From Monocercomonoides exilis PA203 (lineage: Eukaryota > Protista > Preaxostyla), in contig LSRY02000003.1 in NCBI GenBank assembly GCA_001643675.2, positions 1,860,001-1,924,000 on the forward strand: a DNA stretch of 64,000 bases, in the 5' to 3' direction. The position numbers and the translations under genes are program-made. The notes under the pieces were generated by a model, which was not told where the DNA came from, searched no databases, and worked only from the letters and a program-made list of their open reading frames with translations. Numbering within the stretch: the first letter of the stretch is position 1; the number at the start of each line of letters is the position of its first letter. Below, one piece after another: positions 11,601-23,739 of the stretch.

Positions 11601-12200
11601 AGAAGCACTGATGATTGAATGCTCATATTGAAGTTAACTCCCTTCATTGCATTCATTAAAAGCTGAGGATGAAGGTAAAGAAGAAGAAGAAGGAAAAGAT
11701 GTGGATGAATGGAAGAGATCTGAACGAAAATAAAATTGGAAATTTGTAGACGTATGAGGATGCTGATGGATATTCGATGTATTCTTTTTTTATCAAAACT
11801 TTGAAAGCTTTTGTGACAACAAAGAAGATAACATTTACAGCTCTTCTTTTTTCCTCCCAGACTATTTCAACGCGTTTTTCTTGTGAAAAAAGAAGAGGAA
11901 GAGTATCTTCTTCATTGAATAGTCAAGACTGTTGTTCAGGTTCAGCAAACGAGTCATATAAATCATCTCCAACAATGTGAACGATTTCTTTATTTATTTA
12001 ATTTAATTTTATTATTATTATTTTGCTTTTTTTTGTATTTATTTTTAATTCTGAAGAGATGGAAATGGTTTATTATGTTTCTTTTTTATTAAACACATAT
12101 AAGCTTGTTCTTCTTCTTCGCCTTCATTTGTTGTTTTAATAATTCCATTTTCCTCTTTTTCAACAAGTTTAATTTCTAACGTTTATTCTATTTTTCGTTT
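8676..12200 (-). pseudogene. Disrupted large low-complexity (Ser-rich, Glu/Lys-rich) hypothetical gene
   Basis: Chain of minus-strand ORFs in shifting frames (10919-11209, 10170-10922, 9273-9950, 9188-9778) with poly-S/E tracts and a helical region interrupted by stops. Confidence 0.45.
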
Positions 12201-12765
12201 TGGAGAAAAAAGTTAAAATTGAATCTTTGGATTGAAAAATTGAATTCAGTCGATAAAAAAACAGAAAATGTTATGAAAAGAGAAGATACCATTTTTGCAG
12301 TTGAGAAGATAATTGATAATTGAATATAAGTTTTTCAATGAAAAATTTTTAAAAAGATAAATCATTTTCAGAAGATTTTATAATGATAAATTACATGAAA
12401 GTTATCTTATGTTTAATAATCATTTCACTGGTTTAAAAAAGGAAAAGAAGACTTTCAAGAAATACATTTTTGATAATATCAAATGATTAATACAAAAAGT
12501 GTATTGAAATATTCGAAAAGCAATAATTAATTCGTTTTTGTTTTCTCTCACATTAACATAACACTTCAAAGCACTCGTAATATATTTCTTCAACATTTGC
12601 TTAGAATTATAGTTAATGTGTTGTGAAAGCTAGCAATAAAATTATTGAATTTTTTTCCCAACCTTTCAAATGCCTTCTTTTTCAATTTTTTTCTTTTCGC
12701 TCCTTCCTTTTCATCATCCTCCTCATCTTTCAATTTCTTTGAAACATTTATTTCAAACGCTAAAC

Positions 12766-15216
12766 GGCATAGGTCTAAATTGTACCAGTAGCGAATTTGA
12801 CGTTTTTTAATTTTATTTCACTTTAATATTAATAAACGTAATTAATTAACTCTATTTTATCGAGAAAATCTATGAAATTTGACTTTGAAAAACAATAATA
12901 AAAATTTATGATCGGTCCCAAAAAAATAATTATTATATTTTTCATTTTTTATTTTTGGAGTGTAACGGAGAAATTTAGTTGTTGTCAGCAAAGATAATGA
13001 TTGTAAAAAATATAATTCTTTGTATATCTTTTATTTATTTATTTTTATGTGTGTAATATTTTTCGTAATCAAAATATATTCGAAATATGATTCTTGCTTG
13101 ATGAAATAGAATTTTTGTCATGAAGCTAAACATCCATTGAATTGAATTCTTTATTTTGGCATTAGAGGATTGGATCATAAACAATTGGATCAGGAACTTA
13201 TTACTCACAGAGATCTTCAATTGATGGAGCGATTTTCATATATAACCTTGGATCGGGAACACTTTCCGTGAAATTTTGTCCGTTTAATTATTGCCATGTG
13301 CATTGTGATGGTGGAGGAATTTTTTGCTATTCGATCAGTTCAGTCAAGGCTGAGAATAATTCGTGCAATGGATGTGTTGCAGAAAAAGATGAAGGAGGAG
13401 AGATTATTGCTCATCCGGTTTAGGAGTGTGTCAGGATCAGTGGTTGAGAATTTTTAAAATACAAAGCAGATAGAATAGGAGGAGGGCTTTATCTTAATTC
13501 TTTTCAGGTTTCTTGTTCTGGATGTATCGGAGCAGAAAGTGGGAAAGGGGAGAGTGCTTGTGTGTTTGAATGCTCATTTACTTCTTACTCACTAACAAGA
13601 AATTATGGTGGAGGAATGAATTGCTCATTTATTCCAGCTACATTGAAAATGAGGAGCATCCAGTTCATTTCATGTTCAGCGGCATCACACGGAGGAGGTT
13701 TGAGATTGCACCCAAATAGACAAACATCACAAAATGATATTATTTATTGCTATTTTCTTTTCTTCCATGAATGCAAATGCTCGGCCAATCCACCATACAG
13801 GCATGACATTGCATATGCAGATCATTACAGTCTTTATTTAGAGTCAGGGAATCCGTTCTTCGAGTGCTATTCTACAAATGCTGATGATAGGAGATTATTT
13901 TATGAACACTATGATGGTTCTAATTGGGTGTACAAGCACACAGAAAAGTGGAATTGGCTGAAGAGAGGGATTCTCAATCGATTTGTGGCAGTGACTTGTG
14001 GTGGCGAAGAAGAGTTGTGCGGGGCAAATGAAACATTTCCTTGTCTAACAGTGAAGAAGGCCTTCGAGATCTGTGAGGTGCAGATTAGCTTGACAATCAC
14101 GCTGCTGGAAGGGGATCACACAAGCGAGGCAACAACAATTGAGATTGGGATAAAAAAGATTTCAGTCATTGGGGCTGGTAAAGAGAAAAGTTCGATTGGA
14201 ACAGGGGCACTTTCATCATCATCAGCAGTAAGAACGTTGTTCAGTGTGACAACAGGTCATCTTGGAATGAGTCATTTAAAAGTTGATTGTAACTCAAATA
14301 TAAATCCTTCACCGAGTGTGGCTGTGGTATCTGATGGGAGTGGGTCACTCTCATTGGAAGATGTTGTGATCACCACAAGTAAAACAGGAGACTATGTGAT
14401 GTCTTCGTCAGTGTTTGTGGTGCCGCTGTCGCAGCTGTTGACCGATGTGGAGATCAAGGATATGAATGTCTCAAAACCATTGTTCTATGAGCCGAATCAA
14501 TCTTCTCCTTCTTCTTCTTCATTGTCGTCATTGTCGTCATCTGCACTGTATCTGACAGCCACTTTTTCTGGAGAAAGCATGATTGCGAACTTGTCTGTGA
14601 AGAATGTGAGGTTGATTGAAGGAGATGAGGTGGTTGTGGCAAAGAGTGTGGCAGAAGGGGAAACATTTGTTGTTCAGAATGTGACAGTCGAGGATTGTGA
14701 GTGTGAGAATGGCAGTGGTGGTGGGATCAAGGTTGAGTTAGAAACAGATTCAAGCAAATTTTGCACTGGAACATCCACATTGCAAGATGGAGAACAAAGA
14801 AGGTTTGTGTATGAAATTTTCTCAATTAAATGGCAATGTTATTCACACTGTTTTTATAAAAAAATTTTTTATTCTATGCATTATTTTCAAAATGCGCAGA
14901 ATGTTAATATAAAAAAAAGAAAACAAAACATAAACAAGTCCATTCTTTTTGATTAGAAGTCATGCAAAAACAGAAAAACAAGACAATTGCAAAATTTTTT
15001 ATTCAAAATATAGAGCGAATAAGTACATAAAACAAAAAATGAAAAATATATAAATAATTTATGGGTCCGATTATTAATTTTTATTATTGTTTTTCAAAGT
15101 CAAATTTCATAGATTTTCTCGATAAAATAGAGTTAATTAATTACGTTTATTAATATTAAAGTGAAATAAAATTAAAAAACGTCAAATTCGCTACTGGTAC
15201 AATTTAGACCTATGCC
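12766..15216. mobile_element. Non-autonomous Merlin-type DNA transposon carrying a host gene fragment (Pack-type), element A
   Basis: ~155-bp near-perfect TIRs (12766-12920 / 15062-15216) starting GGCATAGGTCTAAATTGTACC; exact 8-bp TSD CGCTAAAC at 12758-12765 and 15217-15224; no transposase inside. Confidence 0.9.
13562..14956 (+). pseudogene. Captured internal fragment of a Cys/Gly-rich beta-helix-repeat surface protein
   Basis: GGG..C repeats and a CG...PCxT motif shared with 35644-44376; degenerate coding sequence extends upstream to ~13215; both ends run into element sequence. Confidence 0.7.
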
Positions 15217-17043
15217 CGCTAAACTTTCATATGTCACTCCGTCATTCAATGTTGGTTGATAAATTTCTTTGAAGATGAGACTCACAGCTCCTCTTTTCAG
15301 CAAGTCTTCAACTTTCACATTTCTGTTATTCACAGAATTTCGAAATGATTCAATACATTTGTTGCTAAAGTCTCTGTAATTACACTTTGCTGCTCGAAAT
15401 ACCTTCACAAAGCTGCCAGTTAGTTCAAAAAGTTCTTCGTTCCGCAATTTGTTTGAGTATAAGGAATAAAAAAATTCATTGAACCATCTCTCGATAACAA
15501 GCTCTTCTTTCGTTTCTTCTTTGTTCATTTCCACTCCTCCTTTTTTCTTCCAGTCAATGCATCTTGTCAGATCTTCCAATTCTCTTGCTGCTTCTCTCGC
15601 TAAATGCAGATCATTCACAATAATTTCTTCCAAGCTATTATCAACCAAAAGAAAATGAATAAAAAAACTCCCAAGCAGACTGATAGGCAAGGCGTGTCGG
15701 ATTGTGATGCTCTTGATGATAACGTATGATCTCTTTGATTTCATTTAAATATAGTTCTTGTTTCACTTTCTTATCAGAATTAAAAAAATAATAAATAACA
15801 TCAAATAAGAAATAGCAATGCTCATACGTTACTCCCAAAATTGCTCAAAGCCAAAAAAAGTCATTTCCACTTCTTTTTGAGTCTCTGAGCGATGCTCTTT
15901 GTTAAAGGAAATTCATAGCCTATGCTTAGTGTTTTGTGCATAATCATTTCAATCGTCCAATTTAGAAAACAATTCTGAAATGTTTTAAATATAGAGAAGA
16001 AATGAAATAAACAAGAATTCAAAATAGAAGAAATCGCAAACAAGTATGTTTTTCAATTACAGATTGCTCCTGCATGCTTGCAAGAATGAATCATTTTTTA
16101 AAATGAACATTTTCATCATTAATATTGAATGAGCGAATCTTTGGATATAAGAAATTTGAGTAAAATAATAACTTAAAAAAGCACAAAACTTTCACTGCAC
16201 TTTCACTTGCTTTGAGTATTGGATATAATAAATAAGGTGTTTAAATGAAATATTTTATATATTTATTTATTTGTGATATTATGGTATTAAAATGAACTTT
16301 TTTTCATCACTAATTAATGCTAAAGATTTTTGTCCAATAAAAATGTTTCATATAAATTAATTAAGTAAAACTAATTTATAATTTTGATTCAATTCCTTTT
16401 CTATTCTTTCCATTTAATTCTTTGCTTAAAACTGGATTTAAATGATTTTTTTTTTAAATCGTCATGTGACTAAAAGCAAATTTAAAGATTTATATAATTA
16501 TTTATACATGTATTTCATATGTTGTGCGTCTTTCATTAAGTCAAAATTTGAATTGTTTCGAAGTCGAAAAATTTTATTGAATAATTATGATTTCAAAAAT
16601 ATTGTGCCAATTTTTAAATACAAATATTCTAAATATTTCTATTTATTCTTTTGCTGTGAATTTTTATATTTACAAATGAATTATTTATTTAAAACAATAT
16701 TTTAGTTGTGATAGAGATGCTAATTTCTTGTTATTGAATATTTTTTAATCATTTTTTTAAAAGAATTATTATTTAATTGTTTGATGTGAATTTTTTTTCC
16801 TGATGATGTGGAAAAGGAGATAAAATTCATGTCAGTTTTGAACTGTCGGAAATTTTCAGAAGGATAATTTTGAATAATAAAAATTCATTTTTGGAAGCTC
16901 TTTGAATTTTTTATTTGTCAGTTTTTCTTGGAATGAACACAAAGCCATAAAAAAAATTAAAAAAAATAGTATAATAAATTCAAACAACAGCATATTAATT
17001 TCTAATGCCATCAAACCATTATTAAAATACTTTCAAAATAAAA

Positions 17044-19051
17044 ATGTCTTTTTCTAAACCTCAATCAACTCTTAATTCTCGATACAAAGTAATTTGGAAC
17101 GAAATAAAACTACTTGGTGGAGATGACGTGGATTCGTTGCTTGCCTATATGTTTTACACTTACAGGTAATCATCTTCAGTAATTAATGATTTGCTGAAGT
17201 CTTTGAATGGTTTGGTTTTATATTTTTTAGTATTGTGTTAAAAATATTATTTTAATTTTCTGTTATTTTTTTCTTTTTAATTTGTTTATTATTAATTTTT
17301 TTGAAACAGAATATCACATAAAGCTGCTGGAAGACCTGGCTGTGGTGTACAACAACGCTCCGTTGCACACTCAGACAACAATGCTTCAAGCGCTGTCACG
17401 CAACACATCATTATCCGATTTACAAGACTATGGATATGATGTCACAGAGGGGAAATTTATTTACTCGAAGCAAACGCTGAAGAAAAACCAAGGTTTCATC
17501 ATTCCGCCTCAGAAACCTCACCATCCGTCTTGCAAAAGTGGTTTGTGTTTATTAAAATTTTTTCAAATAATTTTCTCTGTTTATTTTAGGCTTAAATGAA
17601 CAGGAATGGGAAAAGGGCAACAACTGGATGTTAGCCCATTCAACTGAAGCCTCCACTTCGCTTCAGTCAGCAAAGAAAAAGCAGCGGGCTGAGCTGGACT
17701 GTGCGAGATTTATTGACGAAGCAGCGTGGGATGAAGAAATTATTACGGAAAATTCTTCTTCAATTAAAAAACAATCTTTTTCTTCATAAAAAACACATCA
17801 ACAGAATAAAAAATCTAATCCCATTTCAGAAAAAAATTCTCCTTCAACAAATTCTTCTCCATCTCAAGCTGTTGATGCTCCAATCAACACTCCAATAAGA
17901 AGAGAAAGTGGTTCAACAAAAAGAAAAACAAATAAATCACATCAAAAACGTCACTCATCTCCTTCACCTATTCCAATTCACAAATTTTTCAAAATAAAAC
18001 AATCCTCATCCACTTCCTCATCTTCCTCATCTTCCTCATCTTCCTCATCTTCCTCATCCTCCTCATCCTCCTCATCCTCCTCATCCTCCTCATCCTCCTC
18101 ATCATCCTCATCCTCCTCATCTTTCAAAAAGAAACAAAAAGATAATTAAAATTCTTTTTCTATTGAAGAATCTTCAACTTCCTTTTTCAACGATGATGTG
18201 TGTGTTAGTGATCAATTAATTGAATGTGCCACTTCACCGACTCTAATTCCACCACAAGCATTTCAAAATCTTTTTTCATCATTTTCAAAAGAGAACAACA
18301 CTTATTCGTCTCAACATAACACACCAGCCGATGAGAATGTTATTTCGCATCATGAAAATACTGCGCAGATCACGATAAATAACAATCAAACAGATTTTCC
18401 TCATTCAAATTCTTCTCATTCTTCATCAACCTCTTCAAAAATTATATCATCAGATTCTTCTTCATCAACATCAATAAAAGGATTAATCAATTTAGGAAAC
18501 ACATGCTATCTAGCATCTCTTCTTCAATGCTTCTCTTCGATAACCTCTCAAAAACCATTCATATTTAAAAAGCAAACAGCAATAAAAACAATACCTTCTC
18601 GTGTTTTGAGTGTTTGTCAGCAACTTGCCAAAGATAATTCATCAGTGCGTTCGTGGGTCCCATCACTGATCAACAAATGGGAAACATTTTGCGGATACGG
18701 TAGCAGGCAGCAACAGAATGTGATAGAAGCATTTGAAAATCTTCATCAACTTCTTCAAAATAATAAGATATTTGAAAAGGATACCTTCAATCCAGTGCTC
18801 ATTACACATATCAAATGTCAAAAATGTCAAAAAGTTTCTTATCATTTTAATGAATCTTGTTGCAATGTTATCATCAATACATCATCACCTCACAAAGGTT
18901 TATCTTCATTTTTTGCAACAGAAATTTTGGATGGAAAGAACAATGTTTATTGCGATGAATGCAATGAGAAATGCTGAGCTGCTCGATGGGAGGAAATGGC
19001 TGCATTTCCAGAGGTTCTAGCCATCTGTCACGAATGCCCTGAAACTACTTG
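17044..19051 (+). pseudogene. Second, diverged copy of the USP-transposase gene (5' half only), truncated by a TIR at 19052
   Basis: Same first two intron positions as the 6011 copy and alignable exons (EYHIKLLEDLA vs EKSRYVLLRIA; SLSDLQDYGY vs SLRQLHDCGF; HSTEAS vs NSTESS). USP Cys box GLINLGNTCYLASLLQ and YCDEC motif. Stops at 17167, 17787, 18147 and 18975. Confidence 0.75.
18004..18122 (+). repeat. (TCC/TCA/TCT)n poly-Ser microsatellite
   Basis: Visible tandem trinucleotide run inside the coding frame. Confidence 0.85.
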
Positions 19052-22000
19052 GGCAAGTTCCAAGTATATGGACCATCGATAAAAAATTCTTTTCATAAAG
19101 AATACGAAAGAAAACGTCATATTAATAAATTAAAAATTAGTTTTATTTGTCGAAAATGCAATGTTAATAACTTTCGATTTTTTCATTTGATCTATCCCAT
19201 AAATATTTTCAAACTTTCCTATTTTTATTTCGTTTTAATTGTGAAGGCTTGGAGCTTTATCATTACATAACAAGGAATAAAATAGTTTTATATTTTTATT
19301 GTTTGCAAAAAACTTTTTGATAAATTTTCACATCATCATTTTTGACTGTTATTATTTAAAACTAATAAAATCTTTGTGCTTTCATTCAATTTTGTTAATT
19401 TCTTACCAAAAATTTGGATATTAATTACATTGAATCAAAGCAAACTTTTTAAAAATGATGTTCTGCAACATTTGATTTATTGATAAATATTTCAAACTGA
19501 ATTTAATCAAGAACTTTTATGGAAGAAATCCAGAAAATTGCAGCGATCAGGCATCTGCTCCCATGTGCGATATTAAAGATGTATGACTTGCATTTGATGA
19601 TGAATTTGGTAACTGAGAGGAAACTGTGGTCACGACAAATAAAGATAGCTCTTTGAAGTTGACTTTAATCAATTTATCAGTGGAACCTGAGAAAATCTCT
19701 ATGAAGGATTTGCCTTTTTTTTGTTTTAATAAAGATAGCGAAGAATACAAAGATGAAGGAGATTCAGATGAAGTCAAAGCAAAAGAAATCCAAACATATT
19801 TCTTTTCACCAAATGCTTCTGCTGATGGCTGTTTCCTTGATTCCTGCAAGTTGATTACAGAGAAAGAAACATTATTAAAACATCAACAATTACACACAAC
19901 ACAAATAATTGTATTTGCCAACTTCTCTGACTCTTCTGACGTAATTACGCAGTCGCCCAGCGTCAGATTTCCGATCCTCACGTCAAAGACAGAGCAATGC
20001 GCTGAAGCGAAGCTGGGGCAGAAGACGATGTCCATCCCCAAAATGCTACACTTCTCAAACAAGAATACAACACAATCGGCACTTCCGTACGTCTAACCAA
20101 TTTTTGAGTTGAACTCAAAAACAGCTGGGCTGCCTCCGACTGTCCGCACCTTTGCTGACGAAATGGCTGTCTCTGTTGAAACAACTTCCTTCTTCACCAC
20201 CAGTACGTTCTGGAACGGCTCGTTGTTCAGATGCCGCACAGCCTCATTCAGCGTCTCACACTAGTCTTCTCTTCGCCCACAGTCCTTCTCGTTCTTCCCG
20301 TTCTCTCCTGGCACAAATATCCGCTCTGACTTGTAGAACACAATTAATAGCACCAAATCAATCGGATCATCATGAGCATTGTCTATCCCGAAGATCGCTT
20401 TATCTCTGTCAAATGCCAACTCGCAGAAATCCATCACAAACAGAGCCTCGTTGATCTGCTCAGCAATCGATCGGCAGACAATGTGAAAATCCTTCGCCAC
20501 ACTCTCTTTGTTCAATTTTAACTGAATCAATTAAAATTTGACCAGCAGCGCCTTCGATTTCTCCGCAGACTGAACATCTGAATGTTCTGGATCGTCCAGG
20601 CAGCTCAATGCAATTGCGCCTCCTCTGCCTTCACTCGTTGAGCACGCACATGTCACAAAAGACGACAGATTCGCCAGCACACTGCCTTCATTTGCCCAGC
20701 TGTCAGCCAGCCCGCCCGCCTTCTCCTTCATCCACACACAAAACGCACCTCCCAGAAGAGACTCGCTGTTGCAGTCGCTGAATGTCGAGTTTTCCATCGT
20801 CAGCTCCACAGACAGCCCGCTCTCATAAGAAATGATCGATGCCTTTGCATTTGTGCTGCGGATGAGATGCCACTGAAGATTCTCCAATCTGATTTCGCTC
20901 TCTTCTTTGCTCGCTTTCGTTTCTATGTCATTCCTTGATAAACTTGATTCCTCATCCCCCTTCTCTTCTGCATCGCCCACAGAAATAAACTATCCATCTG
21001 CAAAATTCAGAACATCAACAGAAAACGCACTCGCCACAAAATGTGCAGCCGGCGCGGCAAGTCGGATGGCTGATGTCGCAAAGTATAGCTCGACCATTTT
21101 AGACTATTCAATCGAAAGTGTTCCAGACGAAACATGGAAAAGCACAAACGCAATGCCTTCTTCTGCTGTCTGCATCGCAAAGGAGCATTTGTTAAGCGTG
21201 GCTGTTCCTGTCTCAGTGAAAAGAAGTTCCTTTTGTGGTGTTTCGAAAAATGAAGGCAGGCAGAAGTTGATGGATGTGAATGTGAGTATAAGCTTGTTTG
21301 TGAGCGCAGCCTCAGAAGGCTCAGAAAGAGATTGAATAGCTTTTCCCACAATGATTGTGCATTCATCTGAGGAAGGCTCATCAGAGGAAGAGGAGGAAGA
21401 AGAATAACCAGGAGAAGAAGGAACAACTGAACTTATTGAGCTGTTTGAAAGGTCCCACTCGTCTGAAATGGCAGCACTTGTGTTGGTTTTGATTTCTCTG
21501 AACTGAATTCCTTCTCTGAAATGCCTCATCCCTTCCCAAAACGACAGACAAGGCTCTCTTTCTGATCCGCACCCGTGGATGTCTCTTCCACTCGACGACA
21601 CAACAACAGAAGTGTCTGTGTGCTCAATCAGCAGCTTGTCCAATGATATGCCTTCTGTAAAGTTCTCTTTGTCTGCCCCAAAGAAAGCTGTTGTATTCTT
21701 CCATTCAGTCCAATCAAACATCAACCTTTCAATGACAACTGAAGAATTCAAATCCTAGCTCAATATGAACACATTTCTGCCTTTAAGTGCTTCATTCTCA
21801 GAAAACACCAAGTTAGACAAAGAGAACAGATAGATCGAATAGCAGAAGCTCAAATACAAAAACCCTCCTTTTCCTTTGAAAGTCGAACAGACACAAACAA
21901 CTCAGAATTCACTCCCTTCCTCAGATCATTCGCCACAATAAACATGTCTCTTCCCTGGTGTGCCTTGTTTCCTCCAACACTTATCTCTGAAAATGAATAT

Positions 22001-22902
22001 CTGTCATTGTTGTCTGTTGCACATGTCAAATTGATTCCTCCGCCACATCCTTCAAAACTGCTGCAGATGCTGTTCGTCACCCCAACATTGCTCATCTTCA
22101 GCTGTCCATCTGCCCCTTTCAGCTCAAAAGTCATCTCTCCTCCTTTTTTGAATCCTTCTGAGCCGATTGCTTGGAACGTGCAACAACTTCGATTTCGTAG
22201 CTGTTCTGAAGAGAGAATATCGAAGAGCATGGATTTAATGCTCCATTGTTGACTCTGCTGAATGAAGAAGATTACAATAGAAGAACAAATGTTGAAAAAT
22301 CCTCTTTATCTTTGTATTTTCAGTTTTTAAGTTTTTCCTTTTTAAAAATTAATGTAAATAAATGTTTTTATTTATGAATGTTATTTTGCTTAAGATTCTG
22401 ATTGTTCAATAGAGTGAGAATCAATATCATCGATGAAATAAACAAAAAACTGAAATTTGTTTAATTCATTCTTGAATAGGTTTAATTTGCAAAAAAGCTG
22501 TGATCCTTTCACATTTGATTATTTTTTGATGTTAAATGTTGTCAATGCACACTTTAATGCTGGAAATAGCCTGTGCAAAAGTGAAAATCAATTGTGTAAC
22601 TTTCGTCAGAAAAAACATTGAAAAGAGTTTACGTATAATATTTTTGTATTTCTTAAAAAATGAACACAACAAAAACTCAAATGAAAAAATGTATAACGTG
22701 TTCAATTGAGAAAAAATGAAAGAATAAAAAACAATAATAGTTTGAAAATATATATGGGATAGATCAAATGAAAAAATCGAAAGTTATTAACATTGCATTT
22801 TCGACAAATAAAACTAATTTTTAATTTATTAATATGACGTTTTCTTTCGTATTCTTTATGAAAAGAATTTTTTATCGATGGTCCATATACTTGGAACTTG
22901 CC
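19052..22902. mobile_element. Non-autonomous Merlin-type TIR element carrying host gene fragments, element B
   Basis: 164-bp near-identical TIRs (19052-19215 / 22739-22902) starting GGCAAGTTCCAAGTATATGGACC; flanks ACTACTTG and TTATTACC do not form a TSD. Confidence 0.8.
19978..22260 (-). pseudogene. Captured, frameshifted fragment of the beta-helix-repeat surface protein family
   Basis: ORFs 21850-22230, 21104-21751, 20531-20980 and 20261-20530 carry GGG(I/A), N.A..GRD.F and CG.E.EPC motifs like 35644-44376; no natural start or end. Confidence 0.7.
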
Positions 22903-23700
22903 TTATTACCAGCAGCAAACATGTGCACAAAATGCAAAAAGACACCAAGAATCATTTATTGTGCGAAAAATATTGTAAAATGCAAGTGCAAATGTAGATT
23001 CTTATCGATAAGACATAACTCAATTTTTTCAAATTCGAAATTATTGATTTCAACTTATATGAAAATCATGCTATTATGGTGGATTAACGTCGATGTGATG
23101 CGCACATCTTTTTTGACTGGAGCCAGCTGCAACACTATTTGCATCCTTTTTAATCTTTTTCGCAAAGCAGCACACGAAATGATTAAAGGAAAAAACAGAA
23201 GAATTGGAGGAAATAATTACACTGTTCAAGTCGATGAAATGTTACTTAGAAGAAGAAAATATCGGAAAGGAAAACCAAAAAAACAAATTTGGATCGTAGG
23301 TGGAATTGAATCAAATGTCAAAAATCCTAAATCATTTTTAAAAAAAGTGGACGATCGATCATCAATATGTCTGACCGGAGTGTTAAGAAGGCATTTGCAT
23401 GCTGGGACGACAGTGTGGAGCGATGAATGGAGAGGATACAGCAAAATTAAAAAAGAAGGATTCAAGCATTTGACAGTCAATCATAAAAAATGCTTTAAGG
23501 ATAAAAAAACAAATTGCTGTACAAACGCAATTGAAGCCTATTGGAGTCGTCTTCGCCGTTTTCTGCCTTGCACAGGTATACAAGACAAAGACATCTCTTC
23601 ATATTTATCATCGTTTTCATACAAAACAAGCACTCAACACAGATTTTGGGATTTTTGCGTTTCTTTTTCTAATTTGTTATTGAAACACATCATCCATTAA
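22903..23700 (+). CDS. Merlin/IS1595-family DDE transposase, 5'-truncated by the element B TIR
   Basis: N-terminal Cys cluster, SIRHNSIF, VQVDE, RRKYRKGK, WIVGG, GTTVWSDEWRGY, HLTVNH and TNAIEAYWS; DDE triad intact. The first 23 aa of the called ORF (from 22834) derive from the TIR. Confidence 0.9.
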   Translation, partial: LLPAANMCTKCKKTPRIIYCAKNIVKCKCKCRFLSIRHNSIFSNSKLLISTYMKIMLLWWINVDVMRTSFLTGASCNTICILFNLFRKAAHEMIKGKNRRIGGNNYTVQVDEMLLRRRKYRKGKPKKQIWIVGGIESNVKNPKSFLKKVDDRSSICLTGVLRRHLHAGTTVWSDEWRGYSKIKKEGFKHLTVNHKKCFKDKKTNCCTNAIEAYWSRLRRFLPCTGIQDKDISSYLSSFSYKTSTQHRFWDFCVSFSNLLLKHIIH

Positions 23701-23739
23701 ACATTTGATTCAATAATTTGAAGTTTTATCATTTTTTTT

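Larger units (their letters stand above)
12640..16043 (-). pseudogene. Member of an expanded lineage-specific helical protein family, split by element A
   Basis: ORF 15172-15744 reads into the TIR after ..VTYESLA. Beyond the TSD it resumes FEINVSKKLKDEEDDEKEGAKRKKLK, collinear with the paralog at 26655-27240. Confidence 0.7.
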
